Below are positions 49,394-59,448 of a stretch of 64,000 nt of DNA, one piece after another (the first letter of the stretch is position 1; each line of letters opens with the position of its first letter). A program made the position numbers and the translations under genes. The DNA lies in NCBI GenBank assembly GCA_965218795.1, contig OZ244653.1, forward strand, positions 3,200,001 to 3,264,000, given 5' to 3'. The notes beneath the pieces were generated by a model. That model was not told where the DNA came from. It saw nothing but the letters and a program-made list of their open reading frames with translations, and ran no database searches. This stretch comes from a bacterium. GTDB taxonomy: Bacteria > UBA8248 > JACPRG01 > G963555815.

Positions 49394-50614
49394 TCAGCCG
49401 CTGATGGCGGAAAACAGCATCGACTCCCGCGTTTTGTAAGCAGCCTCCCGGCCGTCCACGGTGACCTGCGTGTCGGAAAAGGTCGTGTTCCTCGCCCTGA
49501 GCGCGATGACTTCTCCATCCACCATGATCATCCGAACCGCGGGCACATCTCCATACTCGATGCACTGGAGACCGTCGTTGACGTAACAATCAAGCGGGGC
49601 GTCGATGGCGATCAGGTCGGCCTCGCGGCCGACCTCCACTTTTCCGGTATTCAACCGATAGGCATCGGCCACCGTGCCCGTCGCCATTGCGAGCGCCTTC
49701 TCGGCAGGGATCCCGCACATGGAAGAGACGAACTGTACCGTCCGGATCATTCCGAGCGGCATGACCCCTGCCCCGACAGGGCTATCGGTTCCGATCAAGA
49801 GACGGTGGAGTTGTTCCCTTTCTTTCATCAGCATGACGAAGTCGTACATCGTCCGGTAGTTGCCGTTGCAGATCACTTCAAGGTAGGCGCTCGTTCCCTC
49901 GATGAGCCGCTCGGCCTCGTGCTGAGGCGCCGAAGTGGGTCCCCCGTTGATATGGACCACGACGTCCGGCTGAAGGGCGATCACCTCATCGGCGTACAGC
50001 CTGGCGGAACCGGGAACGGATCGGCCGGCGAAATGCATGGGGACTATCATCCCCACCTCCCGGGCCCAATTCACATAATCCTTCACGTCTTCATACTCGA
50101 AAAGGCCCGTTCCGCCGATCTCCGCAACGACCCGGACCCCTTCCTTCGCCATTTCCTCGAAGTCCGCCTTTGTCAGTCCCTTCTCCAGAAAGATGGCCCC
50201 TCCGTGGACCTTCAGCCCGCCTCCCGGTCGATAGTTCTGGCCCGTCTTGGCCCCGAGGATGGCCAGGGCCTTCACACCGGCGGGGTCGGAGGGACGCCCC
50301 TGGAGGGTAGAGGAGCCCATCGAAACGATGGTGGTCACACCGCCGTGGAGGGCTCCTTCCATCCATCCAATGACGTTCTGCCGGGGGTGCCAGTCCCCAA
50401 TCACGGGATGCGTGTGGGCGTCGATGAGACCCGGAGACACCACCACCCCCTTCACATCGACAATGTGATCCGCGGCGGCGGCGTCCAAATCGTCATGCCT
50501 TCCAAAAGCGGCGATTTTACCCTCCCGGATCAAAACCGTATCGGCATCCAGGATGCCCTGCCGGGTATCCCCGGAGACCAGCTTTCCGATATTCACAATT
50601 GCGATTGATGTCAT
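49394..50614 (-). CDS. Enamidase-like amidohydrolase (paralogue 2)
   Basis: NIGKLVSGD, PGLIDAHTH, PRQ, ALHGGVTT, GRPSDPAGVKALA, VHGGAIFLEKGL, HINGGPT, closely recalling nicotinate-fermentation enamidase. Confidence 0.82.
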   Translation of the reverse strand: MTSIAIVNIGKLVSGDTRQGILDADTVLIREGKIAAFGRHDDLDAAAADHIVDVKGVVVSPGLIDAHTHPVIGDWHPRQNVIGWMEGALHGGVTTIVSMGSSTLQGRPSDPAGVKALAILGAKTGQNYRPGGGLKVHGGAIFLEKGLTKADFEEMAKEGVRVVAEIGGTGLFEYEDVKDYVNWAREVGMIVPMHFAGRSVPGSARLYADEVIALQPDVVVHINGGPTSAPQHEAERLIEGTSAYLEVICNGNYRTMYDFVMLMKEREQLHRLLIGTDSPVGAGVMPLGMIRTVQFVSSMCGIPAEKALAMATGTVADAYRLNTGKVEVGREADLIAIDAPLDCYVNDGLQCIEYGDVPAVRMIMVDGEVIALRARNTTFSDTQVTVDGREAAYKTRESMLFSAISG

Positions 50615-50906
50615 TGAACGGCTTCCTCCATTTCCACCACCCCCAACCAACTGGACAAGGACCGGACTCCAAGAGGCTCTCCGACGATGATTTCGATTCA
50701 GGCAATCGGAATTCGGATTCGAAGGCCGAACGACGTCTTCGCTCCCATTCGTGCGGCATCATCCGGTTCATGGAGAATCAATCTCTGCGGCCTGAAGCGA
50801 AACGACTGAGATCCGCGCTTATTTCAAGCCGACGATGACAGTATGCAATTTCCAGAAATTTGCTCTCCATCCCACTCAGCGTTGGTCAACAATGCATTTC
50901 ATCCGG

Positions 50907-52127
50907 TCAACCGGCCCCCGATGAGAACAGGATCCCCTCGCGCGTCGTGAAGGACATCTCCTTCCCGTCCACCTTGATGCGCCGGTCCGTCAAGGTCGTG
51001 TTTCTCGCCCGGTGAGTAATGACCTCGCCGTCCACCATGATCATGGTTACGGCGGGAATGTCTCCAAACTCAATCGCGGCCAGTGCACCGGATACTGCGC
51101 AGTCCCAGGGCGCGTCCATGGCAAGCAGGTCCGCCTCCCGGCCGACCTCCACCTTCCCGGTGTTCAGCCGGTAGGCGTCGGCGACCGAGCCGCTCGACAT
51201 GGCCCAAGCCGTCTCGGCTGGCACTCCGCACAATGATGACACAAACAGGACCGTCCGTAGCATGCCAAGGGGGACCACGCCTGCGCCGACCGGACTATCC
51301 GTCCCGATCAGGACACGATGAAGGAGGTCGCGCTCCTTCATGCGAAGAACAAAGTCGTACATGGTCTTGAAGTTGCCCGTGTAGATCACCTCCAAATACG
51401 CCGGGGTGTCGTCGATGAGACGATCCACTTCCTCAGCCGGTGCGGAGGTCGGTCCGCCGTTGATGTGCACCACCACGTCGGGATGGAAGGCGGCGGCTTC
51501 CTCCGCGTAAATGCAGGCTGAACCCGGAACGGAACGCCCCCCAAAATGCAAGGGGATCACCATGCCGGCTTCACGGGCCCAGTCGAGGTATTCCCGGATA
51601 TCTTCCAGTTCGTGGAGGCCCGCCGCACCCACTTCCGCCACGACCCTGACCCCTTCCGCGGCCATTTCCTCGAAATCCGGTTTTTGCAGGCCCTTTTCGA
51701 GAATGATCGCTCCGCCGTGAAATTTCAGTCCTCCCCCGGGGCGGTGGTTTCGCCCGATCTTGGCCCCGAGGATCGCAAGGGATTTTACGCCCGCCGCATC
51801 GGTCGGACGGCCCTGCACCATCCCCGAGCCCATCGAAACAATCGTTGTGACACCGCCGTGGAGGGCGCTTTCCATCCATCCAATGACGTTCTGCCGGGGG
51901 TGCCAGTCCCCAATCACGGGATGCGTGTGGGCATCGATCAGGCCGGGGGCGACGACCATCCCTTTCATATCGACCAGATGATCCGCACCCGAGACGCCGG
52001 CCTCCCGGTTGTTTCCGATTCGGGCGATTTTCCCGTCCTGGATCAGGATCGTATCGGCATCGAGGAGGCCCTGCCGGCAATCCCCGGAGACGAGCGTTCC
52101 AATATTGACGATGGCGGTCGTAGTCAT
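50907..52127 (-). CDS. Enamidase-like amidohydrolase (paralogue 1)
   Basis: Same motifs and colinear with 49394-50614 over the full length. Confidence 0.82.
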   Translation of the reverse strand: MTTTAIVNIGTLVSGDCRQGLLDADTILIQDGKIARIGNNREAGVSGADHLVDMKGMVVAPGLIDAHTHPVIGDWHPRQNVIGWMESALHGGVTTIVSMGSGMVQGRPTDAAGVKSLAILGAKIGRNHRPGGGLKFHGGAIILEKGLQKPDFEEMAAEGVRVVAEVGAAGLHELEDIREYLDWAREAGMVIPLHFGGRSVPGSACIYAEEAAAFHPDVVVHINGGPTSAPAEEVDRLIDDTPAYLEVIYTGNFKTMYDFVLRMKERDLLHRVLIGTDSPVGAGVVPLGMLRTVLFVSSLCGVPAETAWAMSSGSVADAYRLNTGKVEVGREADLLAMDAPWDCAVSGALAAIEFGDIPAVTMIMVDGEVITHRARNTTLTDRRIKVDGKEMSFTTREGILFSSGAG

Positions 52128-52424
52128 CCCACGCCTCCTCCCGGAATGAAGTGGAACCCGAATGGCCGACCGGAACCACTGCCGGGCCGAGCCTTCCCGA
52201 TGGATTCGGGGTTTCCCGAAACCTTAACCTGTTCTGAATCGCCGAGAAACCGGACCATGAATTTGACAGTACCTTGCAGGAAGAAATTAGCGTAGAATAA
52301 TGGGAAATTGGAAGAGAACGAGAGGAAGAGGCGCAGGCAGGGTGGGTGGTGATGTGTGTCTGTGACTCCTTATCACCTCTCGAATGATCAATATCGGAAA
52401 TCATCCAGGGGATAGACTGAGCCC

Positions 52425-53285
52425 ATGTGGCGACAATTCGAATACTACGAGCCGGATAGTGTCGAGGAGGCCTGTGAGCACCTTGATCGGCACGGGGACG
52501 AGGCGCAAATTCTCGCCGGCGGAACGGCCCTGCTGAAGCTCATGAAGCTTCGCATCGCCCGGCCGGCGGCTCTGCTCAACGTCAAGAAGATTCCGGGATT
52601 GGGCTACATCGAGAGCCAAAACGGAAGCGGCCTCCGAATCGGCGGACTGGCCATTTACCGCGAGCTCGAACGGGGGCATCACGGACACGCCTACCTTGCG
52701 CACGTCGCGAGCGACGTTGGCTCCGTTCAGGTGCGGAACATCGCGACCGTCTCAGGAGCCCTTTGTCTGGCCGAACCCTCCTCGGACATCGGTCCGGTCC
52801 TGATGACCCTCGACGCCGAAGCGGAGTTGACCTCCAAAGGAGGCAAGCGCACCGTCGCCATCAACGATTTTTTCGAGGACGCCTTCGAATCCCGGAAGAA
52901 TCCCGACGAAATGATGACCGAGATTCGGGTCCCGCCGATGACCGCGGGCGCCGGTTGGGATTATCAGAAGTTTTGCCTCCGGCGCGGGTTCGACATTGCC
53001 GTTGTGGGGGTTGCGGCAGTCGTCGAGCGGGACGGGGATGCGATTCGCTCCGCGAAGATCGCCGTGGGCGCCACGCAACCGACGCCGTTCCGGCACCCCG
53101 AAGCGGAGGCCATGGTCGCCGGACAGACCTTCTCGGAAGAACTCTGCCGCGCGGCCGGCGAACAGGTTGCGGACGGGTTGGAGGGTATCACCGACGTCCG
53201 TGCATCGGGAACATACCGGGTCCACCTCACCAAGATCCTCGTTGGGCGCGCCCTGGCGGAAGCCTTCCAGCGCGCCGAGGCTTGA
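52425..53285 (+). CDS. Molybdenum hydroxylase FAD-binding subunit (CoxM-like)
   Basis: ILAGGTAL, GSVQVRNIATVSG, DVRASGTYR. Confidence 0.9.
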   Translation: MWRQFEYYEPDSVEEACEHLDRHGDEAQILAGGTALLKLMKLRIARPAALLNVKKIPGLGYIESQNGSGLRIGGLAIYRELERGHHGHAYLAHVASDVGSVQVRNIATVSGALCLAEPSSDIGPVLMTLDAEAELTSKGGKRTVAINDFFEDAFESRKNPDEMMTEIRVPPMTAGAGWDYQKFCLRRGFDIAVVGVAAVVERDGDAIRSAKIAVGATQPTPFRHPEAEAMVAGQTFSEELCRAAGEQVADGLEGITDVRASGTYRVHLTKILVGRALAEAFQRAEA

Positions 53286-53307
53286 TTCCGGAAAAACCGG
53301 AGGAACC

Positions 53308-53781
53308 ATGCGGAAAGACATCGAAATCTCGGTCAACGGAGAGGACTACGATCTCAACATCCCCGTTCACCGGACGCTGCTTCACACGCTGCGCTACGAC
53401 CTGGGCTTGACCGGGACGAAAGAAGGATGCGGCCAGCACGAGTGCGGCGCTTGCACGGTCCTGATGGACGATCTGCCCGTATGCTCGTGCTCCATCCTGG
53501 CTGTGGATGCCGACAGAAAGCGCGTGACGACCATCGAGGGGCTCGCGGAGGACGGGAAGCTTCACCCGCTTCAGGAGACCTTCGTGAACTGCGGGGCCAT
53601 TCAATGCGGCTACTGCACGCCCGGCCAGATCATGTGCGGCGTGGCGTTGTTGAACGAGAAGAAAAATCCCTCAGACGAGGAAGTCCGCATGTGGATGAGC
53701 GGCAACCTCTGCCGCTGCACCGGGTATCAGAAAATCCGGGAGGCCCTTCACGAAGCCGCGAAGATCATGTCGGGCAACTAA
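53308..53781 (+). CDS. Molybdenum hydroxylase 2Fe-2S subunit (CoxS-like)
   Basis: GTKEGCGQHECGACTV, QCGYCTPG, GNLCRCTGY; GGAGG RBS before ATG at 53308. Confidence 0.93.
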   Translation: MRKDIEISVNGEDYDLNIPVHRTLLHTLRYDLGLTGTKEGCGQHECGACTVLMDDLPVCSCSILAVDADRKRVTTIEGLAEDGKLHPLQETFVNCGAIQCGYCTPGQIMCGVALLNEKKNPSDEEVRMWMSGNLCRCTGYQKIREALHEAAKIMSGN

Positions 53782-53904
53782 CATTTCACGGACGGGGACC
53801 GCTCGGGCCGGACAACCCGCTTACCCTGACGTCCTGGTTGTTCGAGATATTGGGCGGTTTGCTGTTTTCGGATAATGCTGACACGCGCGCAGGAGCGTTT
53901 CATC

Positions 53905-56214
53905 ATGAGTGAATTTTCGATCATCGGAACGCGGGCCGCGAACATCGAGGCCGCGGAGAAATCCCGGGGAGGGGGGACCTACGTATCCGACCAGATCCTG
54001 CCGGGCATGCTTTGGGGGAAGATCCTCCATAGCCCGTTCCCCCACGCCCGCATCCTCTCCATCGATACCTCCAAAGCGGAATCCCTTCCGGGCGTGCGAG
54101 CCGTCGTGACGGCGGAGGACACCCCCAAGAAGCCATACGGGGCCATCATTCCGGATGAGCCGATCCTGTCGGTGGACAAGGTCCGCTTTGCCGGCGAGGA
54201 GGTCGCCGCGGTGGCGGCATCCGACCCCGACGCGGCCGAGGAAGCCCTGGAGCTGATCGAGGTCGCCTATGAGCCCTTGCCTACGTACGGGACGATGGAA
54301 GAAGCCCTGGCGGCGGGGGGCGATCCGATCCACGCGGACAAGCCCGATAACGTCGCCTACAAGCTGAGCCTGAACCGGGGCGACGTGGATGCGGCCATGA
54401 AGAGCGCCGAGGTCGTCGTCGAGAACGAGATCAAGACCTCGATGGTGCACCAAGCCTATATGGAGCCCATCGCCGCCGTGGCGGACTGGAAGCCAAGCGG
54501 AAAACTGACCCTTCACGCATCCGTCCAGCATCCCGGCATGGTCCGCTTCGTCTACGGACCGGCCCTGGGGATCGATCCGGCGGACGTCCGCATCATCCAG
54601 TCGTTCATCGGCGGCGCGTTCGGCTCGAAGTTCGAGCACAGCGTGCACCTCATTGCGGCGCTCCTCTCGCGAAAGTCCGGCAAGCCGGTCCGGCTGGTTT
54701 TCACGCGCGAGGAGGAATTTCTGGCCGCACGTCCCCGTCTGCCCATGAACATCTCCGTGCGACTGGGCGGGATGAAGGACGGAACGCTCACCGCCAAATC
54801 CATGAGCATCATCGCCGATAACGGCGCCTACACCGATTACGGGGTCGCCATCGCCGGAACGACGGCCTACCGGATGGACCAGTGCTACCGCATCCCGAAC
54901 CTCCTCTCGGACCTCCGGCTGGTCTACACCAACCGCGCGCCGACGGGGGCCTACCGGGGATTCGGGAACCCGCAGGGCAACATGGCCCTGGACACGTCTA
55001 TCGACATGTTGGCAGAGGAGATCGGCCTGGACCCCGCGGAGGTCAGGCTGAAGAACATTGTCCGCACAGGCGACGTGACCTCCTTCGGCTGGAAGATGAA
55101 CAGCGCCGGGGGGGCCGAGTGCATTGAGAAAACCGTGGCCGCCTGCGGCTGGAAGGAAAAACGGGAAAAGTTCGCCGGACAAACGGGATCGAAGAAGCGG
55201 GGCATCGGGATGTCAGCCTGCATTCATGTTTCGGGCAACCGGGGCATCTTCAAGGAGTTCGACGGCTCCTCCGCCATCCTCCGGCTCTCCGAGAACGGAA
55301 AGCTCCTGGTGATTTCCGGAGAGGTGGACTACGGACAGGGCAGCCGGACGGTCATGGCCCAAGTGGCCGCTGAGGTCATGGGCATGAAACTGGAGGACGT
55401 GGAGGTCTCAGGCGTGGATACGGATGTGACGCCCCTCTGCCTGGGGGCATTCGCGACGCGAACCACCACCGTCGCGGGCCTCGCCGTCATCGACGCCGCC
55501 TCAAAGGTTCGAAAAGAGTTGCTGGAAGCCGCGGCGGAGACCCTGGAAGCCTCAGCGGACGATCTGGATATCCGCGATGGGCGGGTCTTCGTAAAAGCGG
55601 CCCCGGATCGCTCTACGTCCGTCCGGGAAGCCGCCCGCCATGCGGTCTTCAACAAAAACGCGGGCAATCCCATCGTTCAGCGAGGGGAGTACAACGCGGA
55701 CAAGGCGGGGGTCGAGTATCCGGACCCCGCCACCAAACAGGGCAACCTGTCGACGGCATATCCATTCGCCGCGCACGTGGTGGAGGTGGAGGTAGACGAG
55801 GAAACGGGCCAGGTCCATGTGGAAGGATTCTGGGGGGCGCACGACGTCGGCCGGGTCATCAACCTGCTCACGGCCGAGGGGCAGGTGGAAGGCGGCTTCG
55901 CCCAGGGGATGGGCTACGCCCTGATGGAAAATATCCACTACAACAACGGTACGGTCGAGAACCCCAATTTCTACGACTACCGTATCCCGACGCAGTTGGA
56001 TGTCCCGGACCGCATCGAGTCGCTGTGGGTCGAATCCAATGATCCCCTGGGGCCTTTCGGCGCCAAAGGCATCGGCGAGCCGAGCCTGGTTCCGGTTGCC
56101 GCAGCGGTCGCCAACGCCATCCACAACGCCGTCGGCATCCGCATCCATGACATGCCCTACTCGCCGGAAAAAGTCCTCGCGGCCCTGGAGGCGAAAAAAA
56201 CAAACGAACGGTAA
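53905..56214 (+). CDS. Xanthine dehydrogenase family molybdopterin-binding large subunit
   Basis: HSPFPHARI, QAYMEP, GGAFGSK, AYRGFG, GQG, EGQVEGG, GPFGAKGIGEP. Confidence 0.93.
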   Translation: MSEFSIIGTRAANIEAAEKSRGGGTYVSDQILPGMLWGKILHSPFPHARILSIDTSKAESLPGVRAVVTAEDTPKKPYGAIIPDEPILSVDKVRFAGEEVAAVAASDPDAAEEALELIEVAYEPLPTYGTMEEALAAGGDPIHADKPDNVAYKLSLNRGDVDAAMKSAEVVVENEIKTSMVHQAYMEPIAAVADWKPSGKLTLHASVQHPGMVRFVYGPALGIDPADVRIIQSFIGGAFGSKFEHSVHLIAALLSRKSGKPVRLVFTREEEFLAARPRLPMNISVRLGGMKDGTLTAKSMSIIADNGAYTDYGVAIAGTTAYRMDQCYRIPNLLSDLRLVYTNRAPTGAYRGFGNPQGNMALDTSIDMLAEEIGLDPAEVRLKNIVRTGDVTSFGWKMNSAGGAECIEKTVAACGWKEKREKFAGQTGSKKRGIGMSACIHVSGNRGIFKEFDGSSAILRLSENGKLLVISGEVDYGQGSRTVMAQVAAEVMGMKLEDVEVSGVDTDVTPLCLGAFATRTTTVAGLAVIDAASKVRKELLEAAAETLEASADDLDIRDGRVFVKAAPDRSTSVREAARHAVFNKNAGNPIVQRGEYNADKAGVEYPDPATKQGNLSTAYPFAAHVVEVEVDEETGQVHVEGFWGAHDVGRVINLLTAEGQVEGGFAQGMGYALMENIHYNNGTVENPNFYDYRIPTQLDVPDRIESLWVESNDPLGPFGAKGIGEPSLVPVAAAVANAIHNAVGIRIHDMPYSPEKVLAALEAKKTNER

Positions 56215-56219
56215 GAAAA

Positions 56220-56375
56220 TCCTGGGGGGACATTTTGGGCACTGGCGTGCCGGCCGTTTCGCGGATGAGGATTTGTCTCTGAATCAGATCTTTGTGGCGC
56301 ATTGCCTTGCGATGGCCTCCTGGCCAGGCATGCGAGTGCTGAGAACCGACACAGTGTGTCTCCCCCCAGCCCCCC
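56220..56375. repeat. Diverged intergenic repeat, copy B
   Basis: See copy A at 44390-44540. Confidence 0.65.
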
Positions 56376-56656
56376 CTCGAATACTTTCCATACGCAATGG
56401 GTGCTTCGCACCTCATCGCAACAGTTATTGTTTTCTGGTAGCGCACATGGCGCGCTATCAGAAAACCGGCTCTTCGGCCGGATGCGGGAGCATTCCACAG
56501 GAATGCGCACATCCGGACAACGAAGTTCACGATCCGCACTGACAGACCAGCGCTCAGCCGACCAAACCCACACCGCGCGAGCAGGCCGGGCTTGAGCCCG
56601 GCCGTCAGAAGTTCCAAGGGGGTCTGGGGGGCGTCTTTCAAAAGGCCCCTCGAAAC

Positions 56657-57502
56657 TTAAAGAATGCTTTTCAGGTATTCACGGAAGGGAGCGGCCAGGT
56701 CGGGACGGCTGAGGGCGACTTGCGTGACGGCCTTCAGGTACCCCAGAGGCTTTCCTACGTCCAGGCGCTCATCCGGGCAGATCTTCGCGACCACGCGGCC
56801 CCTCGCGGACAAACGGTTGATAGCCAGCGGCTGGACGACTTCGGGGTCGGAGGCGTCGTCCCAGCAGGCTCGGATGGCGGAGAATATCTCCGGAGTGAAC
56901 AGATATCGCCCGAGCACCCCATAGCGGCTGGGAGCGTTTTCCCGCCCCGGTTTCTCGACGATCTTCTGCACACGAACCGGGTCTTTCGTGAAATCGCCTG
57001 CGACCAGCGCCAGGTGCTCCAGCTCGGATTCCTCGCATTCAAACAGAGACAAGACCGTACGCTTCGTCTTGTGATGAGCCTGGACGAGCCTCTTGGTCAA
57101 AGGATAGCGGGAGAGCAGTACGTCATCCGGATGGGCGACGACAAAAGGCTCTTTTCGGACGAACGGCTCACAGCACAGCAGAGCATCCCCCGTCCCCAGC
57201 ATCTCCTTTTGGCGGATGAAGGTAATCATCGCCTCCGGCGGCTCCAGTTTGTCCAGCAACGCCTTCCTACGCTTGGCGGAGAGATGGGTTTCCAGTTCGA
57301 TTTCCCGGTCGAAGTAATCCTCCAGCGCCTTTTTCCGCCGGTTGGTGACGATCAGGATCTCCTTCACGCCGGACCGCAAAAACTCATCCACGATCCAGTG
57401 GATCGCGGGGGTATCCACCAGCGGAAGGAGCTCTTTGGGGACCGTCTTGGTCACGGGAAGGAGCCGGGTTCCGTAACCGGCAGCGAGGATGACGCCCTTC
57501 AT
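56657..57502 (-). CDS. galU: UTP-glucose-1-phosphate uridylyltransferase
   Basis: GVILAAGYGTRLLPVTKTVPKELLP, RQKEMLGTGDA, IVEKP, GRY. Confidence 0.88.
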   Translation of the reverse strand: MKGVILAAGYGTRLLPVTKTVPKELLPLVDTPAIHWIVDEFLRSGVKEILIVTNRRKKALEDYFDREIELETHLSAKRRKALLDKLEPPEAMITFIRQKEMLGTGDALLCCEPFVRKEPFVVAHPDDVLLSRYPLTKRLVQAHHKTKRTVLSLFECEESELEHLALVAGDFTKDPVRVQKIVEKPGRENAPSRYGVLGRYLFTPEIFSAIRACWDDASDPEVVQPLAINRLSARGRVVAKICPDERLDVGKPLGYLKAVTQVALSRPDLAAPFREYLKSIL

Positions 57503-57792
57503 TCAAGCACCCCGATCAAAAAGTCGCCCTCGGCGGTGAAACCTCGAGTTCACCGGGAGACATGGGTCGCCGTGGCATTCGAACTCTACACCAGCGCCAT
57601 CCGGATGCCAAGGATCGGGCGTTCGGCGAGTTGAAACATGAGCTCCGGAGAATACACAATCCTGATAGGCAACCCGTTCCACTCACTGAGGAGAGGATGA
57701 AATCTCCCGGATCGTCATTGCGGAACAAAGGGTAACGGGCTGAGTCGGGAGGACGGGGAAACTGGGATCCACGGCGGTCAAGGAGGAATCCT

Positions 57793-58533
57793 TTGATTCA
57801 AGACAACGCAAATCGGTTGAGCGGGCAGTCGGCCATTGTGACCGGCGCAGGCAGGGGGATCGGCCGAATCCTGGCCTTGACGCTTGCCGACGAGGGCGCG
57901 CGCGTCGTCGTCTCCGGACGAAACGTCAAGAACCTGGAAGGGGTCGCCGGGGAAATCCGGATCTCGAAGGCGGAAGCCGTTGTCATCCCCTGCGATGTCA
58001 CCCGACGGGATCAGGTCGAGACGCTCGTGGATAAAACCCAGGAAGCCTTTGGGACGGTCGATCTTCTTGTCAACAACGCCGGGGTCGCCGGCTCCATTGG
58101 CCTGCTGGTGGATGTCGAGGAGGCGGAGTGGGACGCCATTATGGAGACCAACGCCAAGGGCGTGTTTCTCATGACCCAGGCCGTATTGCCAACGATGATG
58201 AAGAAAAAATCCGGGCACATTGTCACGATTTCATCCTCGGGCGGCACACCCAAGAGCCGGAACTCGGGGACCATTCCATACAGCATGTCCAAGTGGGCCG
58301 TCGAGGGCATGCGTCACACCTTGGCGATGCAGCTTGAGCCTTACGGCATTCGCGTCAACAACCTCTCGCCCGGCCTGACCCTGAATGATCTTCAGAAGGG
58401 GCGTTCCACGGTGGAGCGGATTTTGAGCCTTCGGGAAAGCGTGCGCTGGAACGAATGGGTGGCGGAGTCTTTTCGATATCTGGTCTGCGAAACAGGCGGC
58501 TTGACGGGGGTCCATATTGCCGCCCCTGAATGA
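57793..58533 (+). CDS. Short-chain dehydrogenase/reductase
   Basis: TGAGRGIG, LVNNAG, YSMSK, IRVN..PG. Confidence 0.88.
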   Translation: MIQDNANRLSGQSAIVTGAGRGIGRILALTLADEGARVVVSGRNVKNLEGVAGEIRISKAEAVVIPCDVTRRDQVETLVDKTQEAFGTVDLLVNNAGVAGSIGLLVDVEEAEWDAIMETNAKGVFLMTQAVLPTMMKKKSGHIVTISSSGGTPKSRNSGTIPYSMSKWAVEGMRHTLAMQLEPYGIRVNNLSPGLTLNDLQKGRSTVERILSLRESVRWNEWVAESFRYLVCETGGLTGVHIAAPE

Positions 58534-58640
58534 GACGCCGAAAACGGAATCGAAAGGGAGCTGACTACAGAAACGAAAATTCGGGCTTTTCTGGAAAATT
58601 GAACGAGGCCGGCGGGCTATCGTCTCTTTTGGCCCCCGTT

Positions 58641-59417
58641 TCAGTAAGGCGGCCAGGGGTAATGCTTGTGGTGGGTGGGGGACGGATAAACGAGCTCGTC
58701 CAGAATGATTTCCAGCCGCAGCTTCATTGACTCCATCTCCTCCGTCGAGAGGAGCTCGCTCAGCGAGCCCGCGATCGGCTGATCCTGATCCAGAATCTCC
58801 TGGAACCCCTTGACCTGCGGCAGGAATTCCCGGGGAATGGGATCATCCCGAAATTCCCAGATGACGGTGCGAAGTTTGGGGTAGGCGTGGAAGGCGAGCC
58901 CGTGGTCAATCCCCCAGACGCGTCCGTCCGTCCCCAGAAAACAATGGCCCGCCTTTCGATCCGCGTTGTTGATGATCATGTCAAACAGCGCGATTCGCTT
59001 GAGGGCGTCCGGATGGTTCTCTTGAAGGGTCGCGTAATCCGCCTCCTCATTCGGGGGCACATACAACTGAAGCGAGCCCACCCCATGGGGACCGGATCGG
59101 ATGACCGTCGGCGGAACCAGCCCCCAGCCCATCGCCTCGCTGACGATAAAGGCCGCCGCCTCGCGCTTGTACAGGCACTTGGGAAAATCCCAAAGCGGGG
59201 CCTCTCCCTCCAGCGGCTTGTAGATGGCGAGGAAGCTGGAATCCTCCTCGAAGGTCACGGGAACCGCAAACGTGTAGTTGGATCCCCAGGGCACAAGCTC
59301 GGGTGCGCCAAGGTCGCCTTCCAGCAACATCCGGCAAGCCTCTTTGACAGAGACCGCCTTGGGGACTGCCGCTGCGGATTCCTCCAGTGACTGTTCGGGC
59401 GCGTTGTCTGTCGCCAT
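58641..59417 (-). CDS. SCO1664 family protein (PI3/4-kinase-like fold)
   Basis: GSNYTF, IYKPLEGEAPLWDFP, LYKREAAA, VPPTVIR.GP.G.GSLQ, NNADRKAGH, WGIDHGL, KLRTVIWEF, PWPP. Confidence 0.88.
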   Translation of the reverse strand: MATDNAPEQSLEESAAAVPKAVSVKEACRMLLEGDLGAPELVPWGSNYTFAVPVTFEEDSSFLAIYKPLEGEAPLWDFPKCLYKREAAAFIVSEAMGWGLVPPTVIRSGPHGVGSLQLYVPPNEEADYATLQENHPDALKRIALFDMIINNADRKAGHCFLGTDGRVWGIDHGLAFHAYPKLRTVIWEFRDDPIPREFLPQVKGFQEILDQDQPIAGSLSELLSTEEMESMKLRLEIILDELVYPSPTHHKHYPWPPY

Positions 59418-59448
59418 GGTGGATATCACCCTCCCTTCCGGGAAGCTC

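Noticed and set aside
52425-56214. Aerobic CO dehydrogenase (coxMSL)
   Set aside because: The large subunit has AYRGFG rather than the form I AYXCSFR signature, so only a family-level call is supported.
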